Source: Candidatus Galligastranaerophilus intestinigallinarum
Lineage (GTDB): Bacteria > Cyanobacteriota > Vampirovibrionia > Gastranaerophilales > Gastranaerophilaceae
NCBI GenBank assembly: GCA_018715855.1
Contig: DVKW01000109.1
Coordinates: 1-25,264, forward strand
Direction: 5' to 3'
DNA length: 25,264 nt
The position numbers were made by a program, and so were the translations under genes. Every line of letters starts with the position of its first letter. Position 1 is the first letter of the stretch. Under the pieces are notes generated by a model. That model made no database searches. It saw only the letters and a list, made by a program, of their open reading frames with translations, and was not told the origin of the DNA. Below are positions 6,935-15,556 of this stretch, piece by piece.

Positions 6935-7795
6935 TTGGGCTATAAAATTTTATATAAAAATGAAGTTTGCAAAAACCAGTTTGAAATAAGGGTAAAAGCC
7001 CCATATATTACAAAAAATGCTAAAGCAGGGCAATTTATTATTTTAAGAGTTGATAAAAACTCTGAAAGAATTCCCTTAACAATTGCAGATTATGACAGAG
7101 AAAAAGAAGAATTAACAATTGTTTATATGGCAGTTGGCTACACTACAAAAAAACTTGCCAAATTAAACGTTGGCGATGAAATTGAAGACATTGTAGGCCC
7201 ATTAGGCAAACCCACACATATTGAAAAATACGGCACGGTTGTTTGCGTTGCAGGCGGATATGGCGCAGCACCCTGTTATTTAATTTCAAAAGCGTTTAAA
7301 GAAGCAGGCAACAAAGTTTATATGATTATGGGCGCAAGAAATAAAGATTTAATCTTCTGGCAAGATAAAATGAAAGATGCCTGCACGGAACTTATTATTA
7401 CAACAGACGACGGTTCACTTGGCATTAAAGGCTTTACAACAAACGTTATGGCAGACATTATGAAAAAAGAAACCGTAAATTATGCAATAGCAGTTGGCCC
7501 GATGCCTATGATGAAAGCCGTTGCAGACCTTACAAGAGGAACAGGCATAAAAACAGAAGCTTCAATGAACCCTATTATGGTGGATGGCACAGGCATGTGC
7601 GGTGCATGCAGAGTAACAGTTGGCTCTGAAGTTAAATTTGCTTGCGTTGACGGGCCGGATTTTGACGCTCATTTAATTGATTTTGACGAAGTTATGAACA
7701 GGTCTAAAATTTATAAAGACTACGAAAAAAGATGCGATGAAACAAATTGCAATCTTCAAAAACAAGCAAGAGAACTTGAAGCTTCATTGAAATAG
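6935..7795 (+). CDS. FAD/NAD-binding [2Fe-2S] subunit of the NfnA/SudB/PyrK type (sulfide/dihydroorotate dehydrogenase-like)
   Basis: AGQFIILRV, ERIPLTIAD, GPLG, GGYGAAP and DGTGMCGACRV...FACVDGP. TTG start with AGGAG RBS. Confidence 0.9.
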   Translation: MGYKILYKNEVCKNQFEIRVKAPYITKNAKAGQFIILRVDKNSERIPLTIADYDREKEELTIVYMAVGYTTKKLAKLNVGDEIEDIVGPLGKPTHIEKYGTVVCVAGGYGAAPCYLISKAFKEAGNKVYMIMGARNKDLIFWQDKMKDACTELIITTDDGSLGIKGFTTNVMADIMKKETVNYAIAVGPMPMMKAVADLTRGTGIKTEASMNPIMVDGTGMCGACRVTVGSEVKFACVDGPDFDAHLIDFDEVMNRSKIYKDYEKRCDETNCNLQKQARELEASLK

Positions 7796-7805
7796 GAGAT
7801 AAAAA

Positions 7806-7985
7806 ATGGCAAATTCTCAAATTCCCGTATGCCCATTAATGTCTGCGGGCAATGAAATTCCCATAATATGCGTTCAGGAAAGATGCGCATGGTATATTTC
7901 AAACCTTAAAAAATGCACAATGTATGTTGTGGGCCATAACGGCATGCTTGATTTAAAAAAGAAACTGGAAAATAAAAACGATTAA
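7806..7985 (+). CDS. Small 59-aa four-cysteine protein (not in the ORF track)
   Basis: AGGAG at 7794-7798, ATG at 7806 and TAA at 7983-7985. Translation: [59 protein letters not shown]. It fills the gap between the NfnA-like gene and leuC. Confidence 0.75.
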   Translation: MANSQIPVCPLMSAGNEIPIICVQERCAWYISNLKKCTMYVVGHNGMLDLKKKLENKND

Positions 7986-7999
7986 GAAGGAAAAAAAAT

Positions 8000-9265
8000 A
8001 TGTCTAGACCGATGACCATTACAGAAAAAATTTTTGCAGCACATTCAGGCAAAGAAAGTGTTAAAGCAGGCGATTTAATTACTGCAAAAGTTGATATAAC
8101 GCTTGCAAACGACATTACAGCCCCTGTTGCAATTAAAGAATTTAATAAAATCGGGGTAGATAATGTTTTTGATGTTACAAGAACGGTTTTTGTTCCTGAC
8201 CATTTTGTTCCGAATAAAGATATAAAATCAGCAGAACAAGTTAATTTAATCAGACAATTTTGCAAAGAAAAAGGGATAGTTAATTTCTTTGAAGTTGGCA
8301 GAATGGGAATTGAACATGCGCTTCTTCCTGATTCGGGGCTTGTTGGCGCAGGCGATTTAATAATCGGTGCAGATTCTCACACTTGCACATATGGCGCTCT
8401 TGGCGCTTTTTCAACAGGTGTTGGCTCAACAGACCTTGCTTGTGCTATGGCATCAGGCGAAACTTGGTTTAAAGTGCCATCAGCCATTAAAGTTGAATTT
8501 AACGGCACATTAAACAAATGGGTTTCAGCCAAAGATTTAATTTTGCACCTTATAGGCGACATTGGAGTTGACGGCGCACTCTATAAAACCCTTGAAATTA
8601 CAGGTTCAGCTATTTCAAATATGGAAATGGACGGCAGATTCACGATTTGCAATATGGCAATTGAAGCAGGTGCAAAAAACGGAATTATTCCGCCTGATGA
8701 AATTACAAGAAAATATTTGGAAGGAAGAGCAAAAAGGCCTTTTAAATTCTATAATTCAGACCCTGATGCGGAATATGAAAGAATTATCAAATACGATGTA
8801 AAAGACATTGAACCAACAGTTGCCTTCCCGCATTTGCCTGAAAATACAAGGCCTATTTCAAAAGTGGGCGATGTTAAAATTAATCAGGTTGTAATCGGAA
8901 GCTGCACAAACGGAAGATTGTCCGACTTAAAAATTGCAGCAGACATTTTAAAAGGCAAAAAAGTTCACCCTGATGTAAGATTAATTGTGTTCCCCGGAAC
9001 TCAAGATATTTACTTAAAAGCAATTGAACTTGGCTATATTCAAACAATTGTTGAAGCTCAAGGTGCTGTTTCAACACCAACTTGCGGCCCATGCTTAGGC
9101 GGCCATGCCGGCATTTTAGCAAAAGGCGAAAGGGCAATTTCAACTACAAACAGAAACTTTGTAGGCAGAATGGGGCACCCTGAATCGGAAGTTTATCTTG
9201 CATCTCCTGCAATTGCTGCAGCAAGCGCAATTAAAGGCAAAATTTGTTCGCCTGATGAACTATAA
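8000..9265 (+). CDS. leuC: 3-isopropylmalate dehydratase large subunit (short LeuC type 2/HacA-like aconitase family)
   Basis: DH motif (VPDH), [15 protein letters not shown], and the Fe-S ligand motifs IGSCTNGR and CGPCLG, plus STTNRNF. 421 aa. Confidence 0.9.
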   Translation: MSRPMTITEKIFAAHSGKESVKAGDLITAKVDITLANDITAPVAIKEFNKIGVDNVFDVTRTVFVPDHFVPNKDIKSAEQVNLIRQFCKEKGIVNFFEVGRMGIEHALLPDSGLVGAGDLIIGADSHTCTYGALGAFSTGVGSTDLACAMASGETWFKVPSAIKVEFNGTLNKWVSAKDLILHLIGDIGVDGALYKTLEITGSAISNMEMDGRFTICNMAIEAGAKNGIIPPDEITRKYLEGRAKRPFKFYNSDPDAEYERIIKYDVKDIEPTVAFPHLPENTRPISKVGDVKINQVVIGSCTNGRLSDLKIAADILKGKKVHPDVRLIVFPGTQDIYLKAIELGYIQTIVEAQGAVSTPTCGPCLGGHAGILAKGERAISTTNRNFVGRMGHPESEVYLASPAIAAASAIKGKICSPDEL

Positions 9266-9286
9266 AACTTTTAAAGAGGTAAAAAA

Positions 9287-10132
9287 TTGAAAAAAAATAT
9301 TCTTGCAATTCAAATGAATTCAATTTTAGGCGATACAAGGGCAAACTATGCCAAAATTGATTCAATGATTGAAAAATATTATTCTTCAATACAAGATAAT
9401 TCGGAACTTCCAGATATAATTGTTCTGCCTGAAGTTTGGACATCAGGCTGGGATTGTTCAATTTTTCAAAATTGCATAGATTCATTTAATGAAACAGAAG
9501 ATTTTTTATCAAAAATTGCAAGAAAACATTACGTAAATATTATTGGCGGCTCATATTTAAGGGGGGTTGAAGGCCTTGTTAAAAACTCATGCCCAATTTT
9601 TAACAGAGAAGGCAAACTTCTTCAAAGATACGATAAAATTCACCTTTATGCTCCTGATGGCGAAGCAGAAACCGTAACATCAGGCGATAAACCAGTTATT
9701 GTTCAATTAGACGGCCTTAAAATCGGGCTTTCAATTTGTTACGATATAAGGTTTCCTGAACTTTTCAGAAGCTATATAAATTCGCCATTTACGCCTGAAC
9801 TTTTAATAAATATGTCCGCTTGGCCGTTATCAAGAAAAGAACAATACCAAATAATGGCGCAAGCTCGTGCAATTGAAAACCAATGTTACTTTTTGGCACT
9901 CTCTCAAACAGGGCACATAAAAGGCAATATTAATAATGCAGGCAATTCGCTTATAGTGGAACCTATGGGAAATATTATCGAAAAATTAAGCGAAAAAGAA
10001 GGCTATTTAACAGCCAAAATAAATACAGATATTGTTTATGAAACAAGAAAGAAATTCCCCAACCTTTTAAACAGGAAAATTCACAACTTTGGCTTTGTGC
10101 CTGAATTTTCAGGGGAAATGCAAAATGTATAA
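9287..10132 (+). CDS. Nitrilase/carbon-nitrogen hydrolase family protein (Nit/omega-amidase-like)
   Basis: Glu-Lys-Cys triad motifs LPEVW, YDKIHL and ICYDIRFPE, plus ARAIENQ. TTG start with GAGG RBS. Confidence 0.9.
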   Translation: MKKNILAIQMNSILGDTRANYAKIDSMIEKYYSSIQDNSELPDIIVLPEVWTSGWDCSIFQNCIDSFNETEDFLSKIARKHYVNIIGGSYLRGVEGLVKNSCPIFNREGKLLQRYDKIHLYAPDGEAETVTSGDKPVIVQLDGLKIGLSICYDIRFPELFRSYINSPFTPELLINMSAWPLSRKEQYQIMAQARAIENQCYFLALSQTGHIKGNINNAGNSLIVEPMGNIIEKLSEKEGYLTAKINTDIVYETRKKFPNLLNRKIHNFGFVPEFSGEMQNV

Positions 10133-11504
10133 AAAAATAATCGTTTTATTTTTAGCATTAATATTTTTTAAAGTGCCTGTAATTGCTTCTGATTTTACAG
10201 GTCCGGTTAACGATATTTTAAGTTCATATAATTTTGACCATGATTCGGTTATTTCAATAGCAGTTAAAGACAAAAACGGAGAAAATGTTTATTCAAAAAA
10301 CCAATACAAATATCTAAACCCTGCTTCTGCGCTTAAACTTTTTACAATGGCTGCAAGCTTAAATGAACTTGGGGGAGATTATAAATTTCAAACGGCATTT
10401 TATAAAGACAAAAATAACAACATCTATCTTAAATTATCGGGCGACCCTTTATTAAAAACTGCAGATATTGAACAACTTGCAAAAAACTTAAAACAAAACC
10501 ATAAAGGCAAAATTAACAAAATTTATATAGATGATTCGGTTATAGATATGCTTCCATACCCAAACGGTTGGATGAGCGATGATATTTGGCCGAATTCACC
10601 CAAAATTTCACCTTATATGATAGATTTTAACACCGTTAAGGTAGATTTTTTGCTGTCGGAAGATAAAAAAGATTTAAGAATTGTTCAAAAAAGCCCCTAT
10701 AAATTTTCATTTGTAAATAAATTACAAACAGGCTCTAAAACAGATTTTACATTTATTGAAGATGAAACCCACAATACAATTGATGTAATCGGAACAATTT
10801 CAAGCAGCGTTACGGATAAACCCGTTCCTGTTTTAAACCCAAGATATTTCTTTTGCCAAAAAATGAATGAAGCCATTAATAAAGCAGGAATAAGATTTAC
10901 GGATAAATTTCAATTTGCAAAAACGCCAAAAGATGCCGCATTAATTGCAAAATTTGAGCGCCCCGCAGATGAGGTAATTAAACATATTCTTCAAACAAGC
11001 GATAACATTGGCGCAGAAATGGTTTTCAAAGTTGCAGGCGGAAAATTTGCAAACGAAAACGGCCTTATTAAAAACAGCGCAATGGCTGCAGGCACAACAC
11101 AAAACGGCATTAATATGTTTATTAATTATTACCAAAACTTGGGGCTTGACCCAAGGCAGGTAAGAATAACCGATGGCAGCGGCGTTTCAAGATATAATGC
11201 AATGAATGTGGATTGGATGACAGATGCACTTTCTAAAATAGATTTTGATTTTGAAAAATTCCTTCCAACAGGCGGTGTTGGCACGCTTGATAAAAGATTA
11301 AGAGAAATAAAAGGTTGTGTTTATCTTAAAACAGGCACTTTGGTTGGCTCAAGTTCGCTTGTCGGAATTATAAAAACAAAAGATAATGTTTATTATTATG
11401 CTTCAAACATTATGAGCTATAACAGAAACAAATCTTTGGTAAAAGCAGCGGAAGATGAAATTATTTTTGAAATATACAGAAGAGGTAACGATGAACAAAA
11501 TTAA
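10125..11504 (+). CDS. dacB: D-alanyl-D-alanine carboxypeptidase/endopeptidase (PBP4, peptidase S13)
   Basis: SxxK (PASALK), SxN (SDN), KTG (KTGTL) and DGSGVSRYN. The signal peptide starts at ATG 10125 (start moved from the ORF-track 10089). Confidence 0.88.
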   Translation: MYKKIIVLFLALIFFKVPVIASDFTGPVNDILSSYNFDHDSVISIAVKDKNGENVYSKNQYKYLNPASALKLFTMAASLNELGGDYKFQTAFYKDKNNNIYLKLSGDPLLKTADIEQLAKNLKQNHKGKINKIYIDDSVIDMLPYPNGWMSDDIWPNSPKISPYMIDFNTVKVDFLLSEDKKDLRIVQKSPYKFSFVNKLQTGSKTDFTFIEDETHNTIDVIGTISSSVTDKPVPVLNPRYFFCQKMNEAINKAGIRFTDKFQFAKTPKDAALIAKFERPADEVIKHILQTSDNIGAEMVFKVAGGKFANENGLIKNSAMAAGTTQNGINMFINYYQNLGLDPRQVRITDGSGVSRYNAMNVDWMTDALSKIDFDFEKFLPTGGVGTLDKRLREIKGCVYLKTGTLVGSSSLVGIIKTKDNVYYYASNIMSYNRNKSLVKAAEDEIIFEIYRRGNDEQN

Positions 11505-13056
11505 ATTTTTAATATCATTTTTATTTTTATCTTTAATATTAAGCCCTGTATATGCACAAAATTACAACTGGAACAACAATTTAAGAACGCTTTTTATAGA
11601 TAACGGCGCAAATATTTACACAATAAATATAAGAACATTTGGCGCTAAAGATTACAACAAAAACGATATCATTGAAACGAACCTTGGTGAAGCCAAAGGA
11701 ACATTCATAAATGCAATTCCGAGATTAAAAGAATTAAAAGAGCTTGGTATAAACACAGTTTATCTTTTGCCGATTACAAAAACAGGCAAATTAAAAGCGC
11801 TTGGCACGGCAGGCTCTTTATATGCAATGGATTCATTCAACACAATTGACCCAAACCTTTTAGATGAAACAGATTTTACACCAAGCGTTAAAGGGCAGGC
11901 AAAAAAATTTACGGATGAAGCACACAAGCTTCAAATGCACGTTATTGTTGACCTTCCAAGCTGCGGTTCATATGATATGAGCTTGGAAAAGCCCGAATTA
12001 TTTTTAAAAGATAAAAATAATTCATCCGTTATACCTTCAGATTGGACAGATGTCAGACTTTTTAAAGTTTATGACGATAAGGGCAACTTAAATAAAGCTT
12101 TGGTTGAAGAATATAAAAGCTTTATAGATATGGTTCAAGATATAGGCGTTGACGGCATTAGAGCAGATGTTGCAGCCATTAAACCAAAAGAATTTTGGAT
12201 TGAAATTATTAACTATGCAAGAAAAAATGACCCGCAATTTTTATTCTTGGCAGAAGCTTCACCAAAATGGCAAAACCCCGCAAAAGGTTATCTTCCGTAC
12301 GCTTCTGTTGAAGAATTACTGGAAGCAGGCTTTGACGGATATTATTCGGATTGGTCAGATTTAAAAGAAATTAAAACCAAAAATGATTTATATTCAAAAA
12401 TTGAAGATGATATTAAGCTTATTGAAAAATTTGAAAACAAAAAAGCTTATATAGCAAATTTTGCAACCCATGACCAAGTTAGCCCCGCAACATTGGGGTA
12501 TCCTTATTGGCAAATGGTAAACTGGCTTAATATGACACTTCCCATAAACCCATATACTCTGGATGGCTTCCCTGCGGCAGATACGTATGCTTATAAATTC
12601 CAAAACAAAAAAGCTCAAAAAAGCTATACGGATGATGATACATATTTTGTTCACAAAAATAAATTTGATATTTTTAATTTTTCAAGAGCGCCATACAGCT
12701 TATTGAAAGAAAATTATGATGAAAGCGAATATTTAAGCGCAACAAAGCTAAGATATCTCATGGCGCCATTTATTGCGTCTAAAAAGTGTGATTTTTTAAA
12801 AACGGATAATGCTTCCGTTTTTGCATTCAAAAAAGACTTAGGGCAAGAATTTATAATAGTTATGGGCAACTTAGACTTCATAAATTCACAAAGTGCAAAA
12901 GTTAAAGTTCCAAAAATGAAAAAAGATGATTTTGTTATGCCCTTTAAAATGCAAGATGCACCAATTGCAAAAAACGGCGCTTTTATGGTGAATTTAAAAC
13001 CTTTTGAAATTCAGGTTTTAGCTGTTAAAAAAATGCCGAAACAAAAGAAAAATTAA
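11491..13056 (+). CDS. Secreted alpha-amylase family (GH13) glycoside hydrolase
   Basis: GINTVYLLPI, GSLYA, GIRADVAA (nucleophile), LAEA (acid/base) and THDQ. The signal peptide MNKIKFLISFLFLSLILSPVYAQ starts at ATG 11491 with GAGG RBS. Confidence 0.85.
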   Translation: MNKIKFLISFLFLSLILSPVYAQNYNWNNNLRTLFIDNGANIYTINIRTFGAKDYNKNDIIETNLGEAKGTFINAIPRLKELKELGINTVYLLPITKTGKLKALGTAGSLYAMDSFNTIDPNLLDETDFTPSVKGQAKKFTDEAHKLQMHVIVDLPSCGSYDMSLEKPELFLKDKNNSSVIPSDWTDVRLFKVYDDKGNLNKALVEEYKSFIDMVQDIGVDGIRADVAAIKPKEFWIEIINYARKNDPQFLFLAEASPKWQNPAKGYLPYASVEELLEAGFDGYYSDWSDLKEIKTKNDLYSKIEDDIKLIEKFENKKAYIANFATHDQVSPATLGYPYWQMVNWLNMTLPINPYTLDGFPAADTYAYKFQNKKAQKSYTDDDTYFVHKNKFDIFNFSRAPYSLLKENYDESEYLSATKLRYLMAPFIASKKCDFLKTDNASVFAFKKDLGQEFIIVMGNLDFINSQSAKVKVPKMKKDDFVMPFKMQDAPIAKNGAFMVNLKPFEIQVLAVKKMPKQKKN

Positions 13057-14264
13057 ACCTCTAAAACAGGCTTAATTGCTCTTTTTAAAATGCCTAAACA
13101 TTTTGCAATCGTAATACCGTAGTTTGTAATTTCCACGTTGTTTTCTTTTGCAATGTTTATTCTGTTTAAAACTTCTCTTCTTGTTGTCATGCAAGCACCA
13201 CAGTGGATAATTAAAGAATATTTTTCAATCGATGTCGGAAAATCATGGCCTGAATAATGTTCAAAATTAAGTTTTTTATTTGTATAAGCTCTCAATAATT
13301 TTGGAATTTTAACTCTGCCTATATCGTCTTCAACGGGGTGATGCGAACAAGATTCAAGAATTAAAATTGTGTCGTCATCTTTCAATTTATCAATTTTTTC
13401 TGCACCCAAATATAATGTTTTAAGATCACCCTTTAATCTTGCAAAAAGAATTGAAAAAGAAGTTAGCATAATATCATCGGGAACAATTTCCGCCACCTCT
13501 TTAAACGCTTGAGAATCGCAAACAACAAGCTTTGGTTTTATTTTTTGGTTGTCTATTGCTTGTTTTAATTTATCAGGTGTTACAACAATTGAAATTGAAT
13601 TGTTATCTAACATTTCCCTTATGGCATTTACCTGAGGCAAAATAATTCTTCCTTTTGGCGCTTCTTTATCTATCGGAATAACCAAAACAGCAGTTTCATT
13701 TTCATGAACAATATCTGACATTATAATTTTGCTGTTTACAAATTCATCAGGCACAATTTTGATTAAAGAAGAAATAAATTCAACCACAAAGTTATCTTTT
13801 TTAATTGCAGATGTATTTAAAACAACATTTGCATTTTGCACTAAAAATTCAAAATCAAGAGGGTTAATTTGTCCTAAATCATTTTTATTAATAACTGAAA
13901 TAATTGGAATATTTTTATTTTTAATTTCAGATAAAAAGTTTTTTTCAATTTCGGTTAATGGTTCAAAATCTGAAACAAAAACAACAACATCACACCTTAA
14001 AAGTGCTTTTTTTGTTTTTTCAACTCTTAAACTGCCAAGTTCGCCAATATCGTCAATACCTGCAGTATCAAGCAAAGTAACAGGGCCAACAGGCAAAAGC
14101 TCCATAGATTTTTGGTTAACATCTGTTGTTGTGCCTTTTACATTTGAAACAACAGAAAGCTCTTGTCCTATAATTTTATTTACCAAGCTTGATTTGCCCG
14201 CATTTCTTTTTCCAAAAAAACCGATATGTAATCTTAAACCTTTTGTAGTTGAAAGCATTTTCAT
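13053..14264 (-). CDS. hydF: [FeFe]-hydrogenase H-cluster maturation GTPase HydF
   Basis: P-loop GKRNAGKSS, GTTTD, DTAG and NKxD, with Fe-S motifs ESCSHH and HCGACM. Confidence 0.95.
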   Translation of the reverse strand: MKMLSTTKGLRLHIGFFGKRNAGKSSLVNKIIGQELSVVSNVKGTTTDVNQKSMELLPVGPVTLLDTAGIDDIGELGSLRVEKTKKALLRCDVVVFVSDFEPLTEIEKNFLSEIKNKNIPIISVINKNDLGQINPLDFEFLVQNANVVLNTSAIKKDNFVVEFISSLIKIVPDEFVNSKIIMSDIVHENETAVLVIPIDKEAPKGRIILPQVNAIREMLDNNSISIVVTPDKLKQAIDNQKIKPKLVVCDSQAFKEVAEIVPDDIMLTSFSILFARLKGDLKTLYLGAEKIDKLKDDDTILILESCSHHPVEDDIGRVKIPKLLRAYTNKKLNFEHYSGHDFPTSIEKYSLIIHCGACMTTRREVLNRINIAKENNVEITNYGITIAKCLGILKRAIKPVLEV

Positions 14265-14312
14265 TTTCCTTTCGATATAGTATAATTGAACTATAAAAAA
14301 AGGAGTTTTTAA

Positions 14313-14501
14313 ATGGCTAAAATCTTAATTTCCATGCCGGATAAGTTCTTAGAATCCATTGATAAATTAGCAACAGATGAACAAAGAACAAGAAGCGAAT
14401 TGATAAGAGAAGCCTTGAGAAGCTATTTAAGAAGCGCCCACACAATTAATTCAAAACGTGCATTAAAAAATGCAGACATTTTAGATGACCTTTTAAACTA
14501 A
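14313..14501 (+). CDS. Ribbon-helix-helix (CopG/NikR-like) DNA-binding protein
   Basis: KILISMP...IDKLA...TRSELIREALRSYL matches the RHH pattern. AGGAG RBS. Confidence 0.85.
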   Translation: MAKILISMPDKFLESIDKLATDEQRTRSELIREALRSYLRSAHTINSKRALKNADILDDLLN

Positions 14502-15460
14502 AGATTTTTAATTTCATCCGTAATTAATTTTAACTCGTCTGAAACAGGCGGGTTTTTGGCTTGGTGCAAATATTCCCTTATAATTTTTGCAAAATCCGCC
14601 TTTTTGAATTCACCCCAACCGTTGTTTTTAAAACAATCATGCAATTCAACAACGGCATGCCCGTTTTCTTCAAATTCGTTTTCATTATTTAACATGTTTT
14701 GTGCAAAATGAAAATTAAGCGCATTTTTAATTAACTTGCCCGTTAAAATGTCCTCAAATTCGCCCGTTTTAATTAAATGCAGCTTATCTTTATTTCTTAA
14801 TTTCGGAATAATTAAATTTGCAATTTCTTTGGCATCTGAGTCAAGAAGAATAAATATAGGAATCTTAATTTCTTCAATTAATTTGTAATACTTTCTTGCC
14901 ACTTGGTTTTTGCCGCCTGCACCAAGAACAAAAATTCCTTCTTTTTTAAAATCAAGCCCCAAAATTTTTGCAAATTCAATTAATAAAATTTCTTCCGTTA
15001 TTCCTTCAACCAAAACAACTTTTGAAACAGGAAAAAGAGTTGCATATTTTTCTCTTGTTTCATTTGAAGTTAAATTATTTTGAAATTTTAACCTCTTTAA
15101 ATTCAAAGGCAAAGTGTTTTCATCAAGCAAATTAATTAGAGCCAAAAAGTCTATTTTTGAATTTAAAAATTCCCTATCTTCATTAGTTAAATAAAAAATT
15201 TTTTCTTCATCATTTTTAATAATTTCGTTTAATTTTAAATCTGTTAAATTTTTAGCTGCGGAATTTAAAATTGTTTGCGCAAGTTCAATTTTTCTTGACA
15301 TTTGAATATCGGAAAGTTTTTCATCGGTTTGAATTAAATATTTTGATAAAACATCGTCAATAACCCTTATATACCTTTCAGAAACGGGTTTAAACCGTGT
15401 CAATCTGTCAAGGCAAATTTGAATATATTCAATTTCAGGAATCTTAAATTTCATTTGCAA
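14498..15460 (-). CDS. OLD-family-like TOPRIM domain protein without an ATPase domain (start TTG 15460 or ATG 15454)
   Basis: VVLVEGITEE, GAGGK, ILLDSD and GEFEDIL. No Walker A motif is present in the 320 aa. Confidence 0.75.
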   Translation of the reverse strand: MQMKFKIPEIEYIQICLDRLTRFKPVSERYIRVIDDVLSKYLIQTDEKLSDIQMSRKIELAQTILNSAAKNLTDLKLNEIIKNDEEKIFYLTNEDREFLNSKIDFLALINLLDENTLPLNLKRLKFQNNLTSNETREKYATLFPVSKVVLVEGITEEILLIEFAKILGLDFKKEGIFVLGAGGKNQVARKYYKLIEEIKIPIFILLDSDAKEIANLIIPKLRNKDKLHLIKTGEFEDILTGKLIKNALNFHFAQNMLNNENEFEENGHAVVELHDCFKNNGWGEFKKADFAKIIREYLHQAKNPPVSDELKLITDEIKNL

Positions 15461-15556
15461 ACTAAAAAAACCTTTTTTATAATTGTAAAATCAAACAGCC
15501 CAAAAAGGCAATTTTTTTAATTCCCGTGTTTTAAAAAGTATAAGGGCACAGTTTCG

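Noticed and set aside
7906-8265. 119-aa minus-strand ORF
   Set aside because: It is antisense to leuC and the 59-aa Cys ORF, both of which have better RBS and motif support.
13729-14280. 183-aa plus-strand ORF
   Set aside because: It is an antisense shadow of hydF with no recognisable motifs.
13053-14501. 4-nt tail-to-tail overlaps (GH13/hydF at 13053-13056; RHH/TOPRIM at 14498-14501)
   Set aside because: Stop-codon overlaps of convergent genes are common in compact AT-rich genomes.
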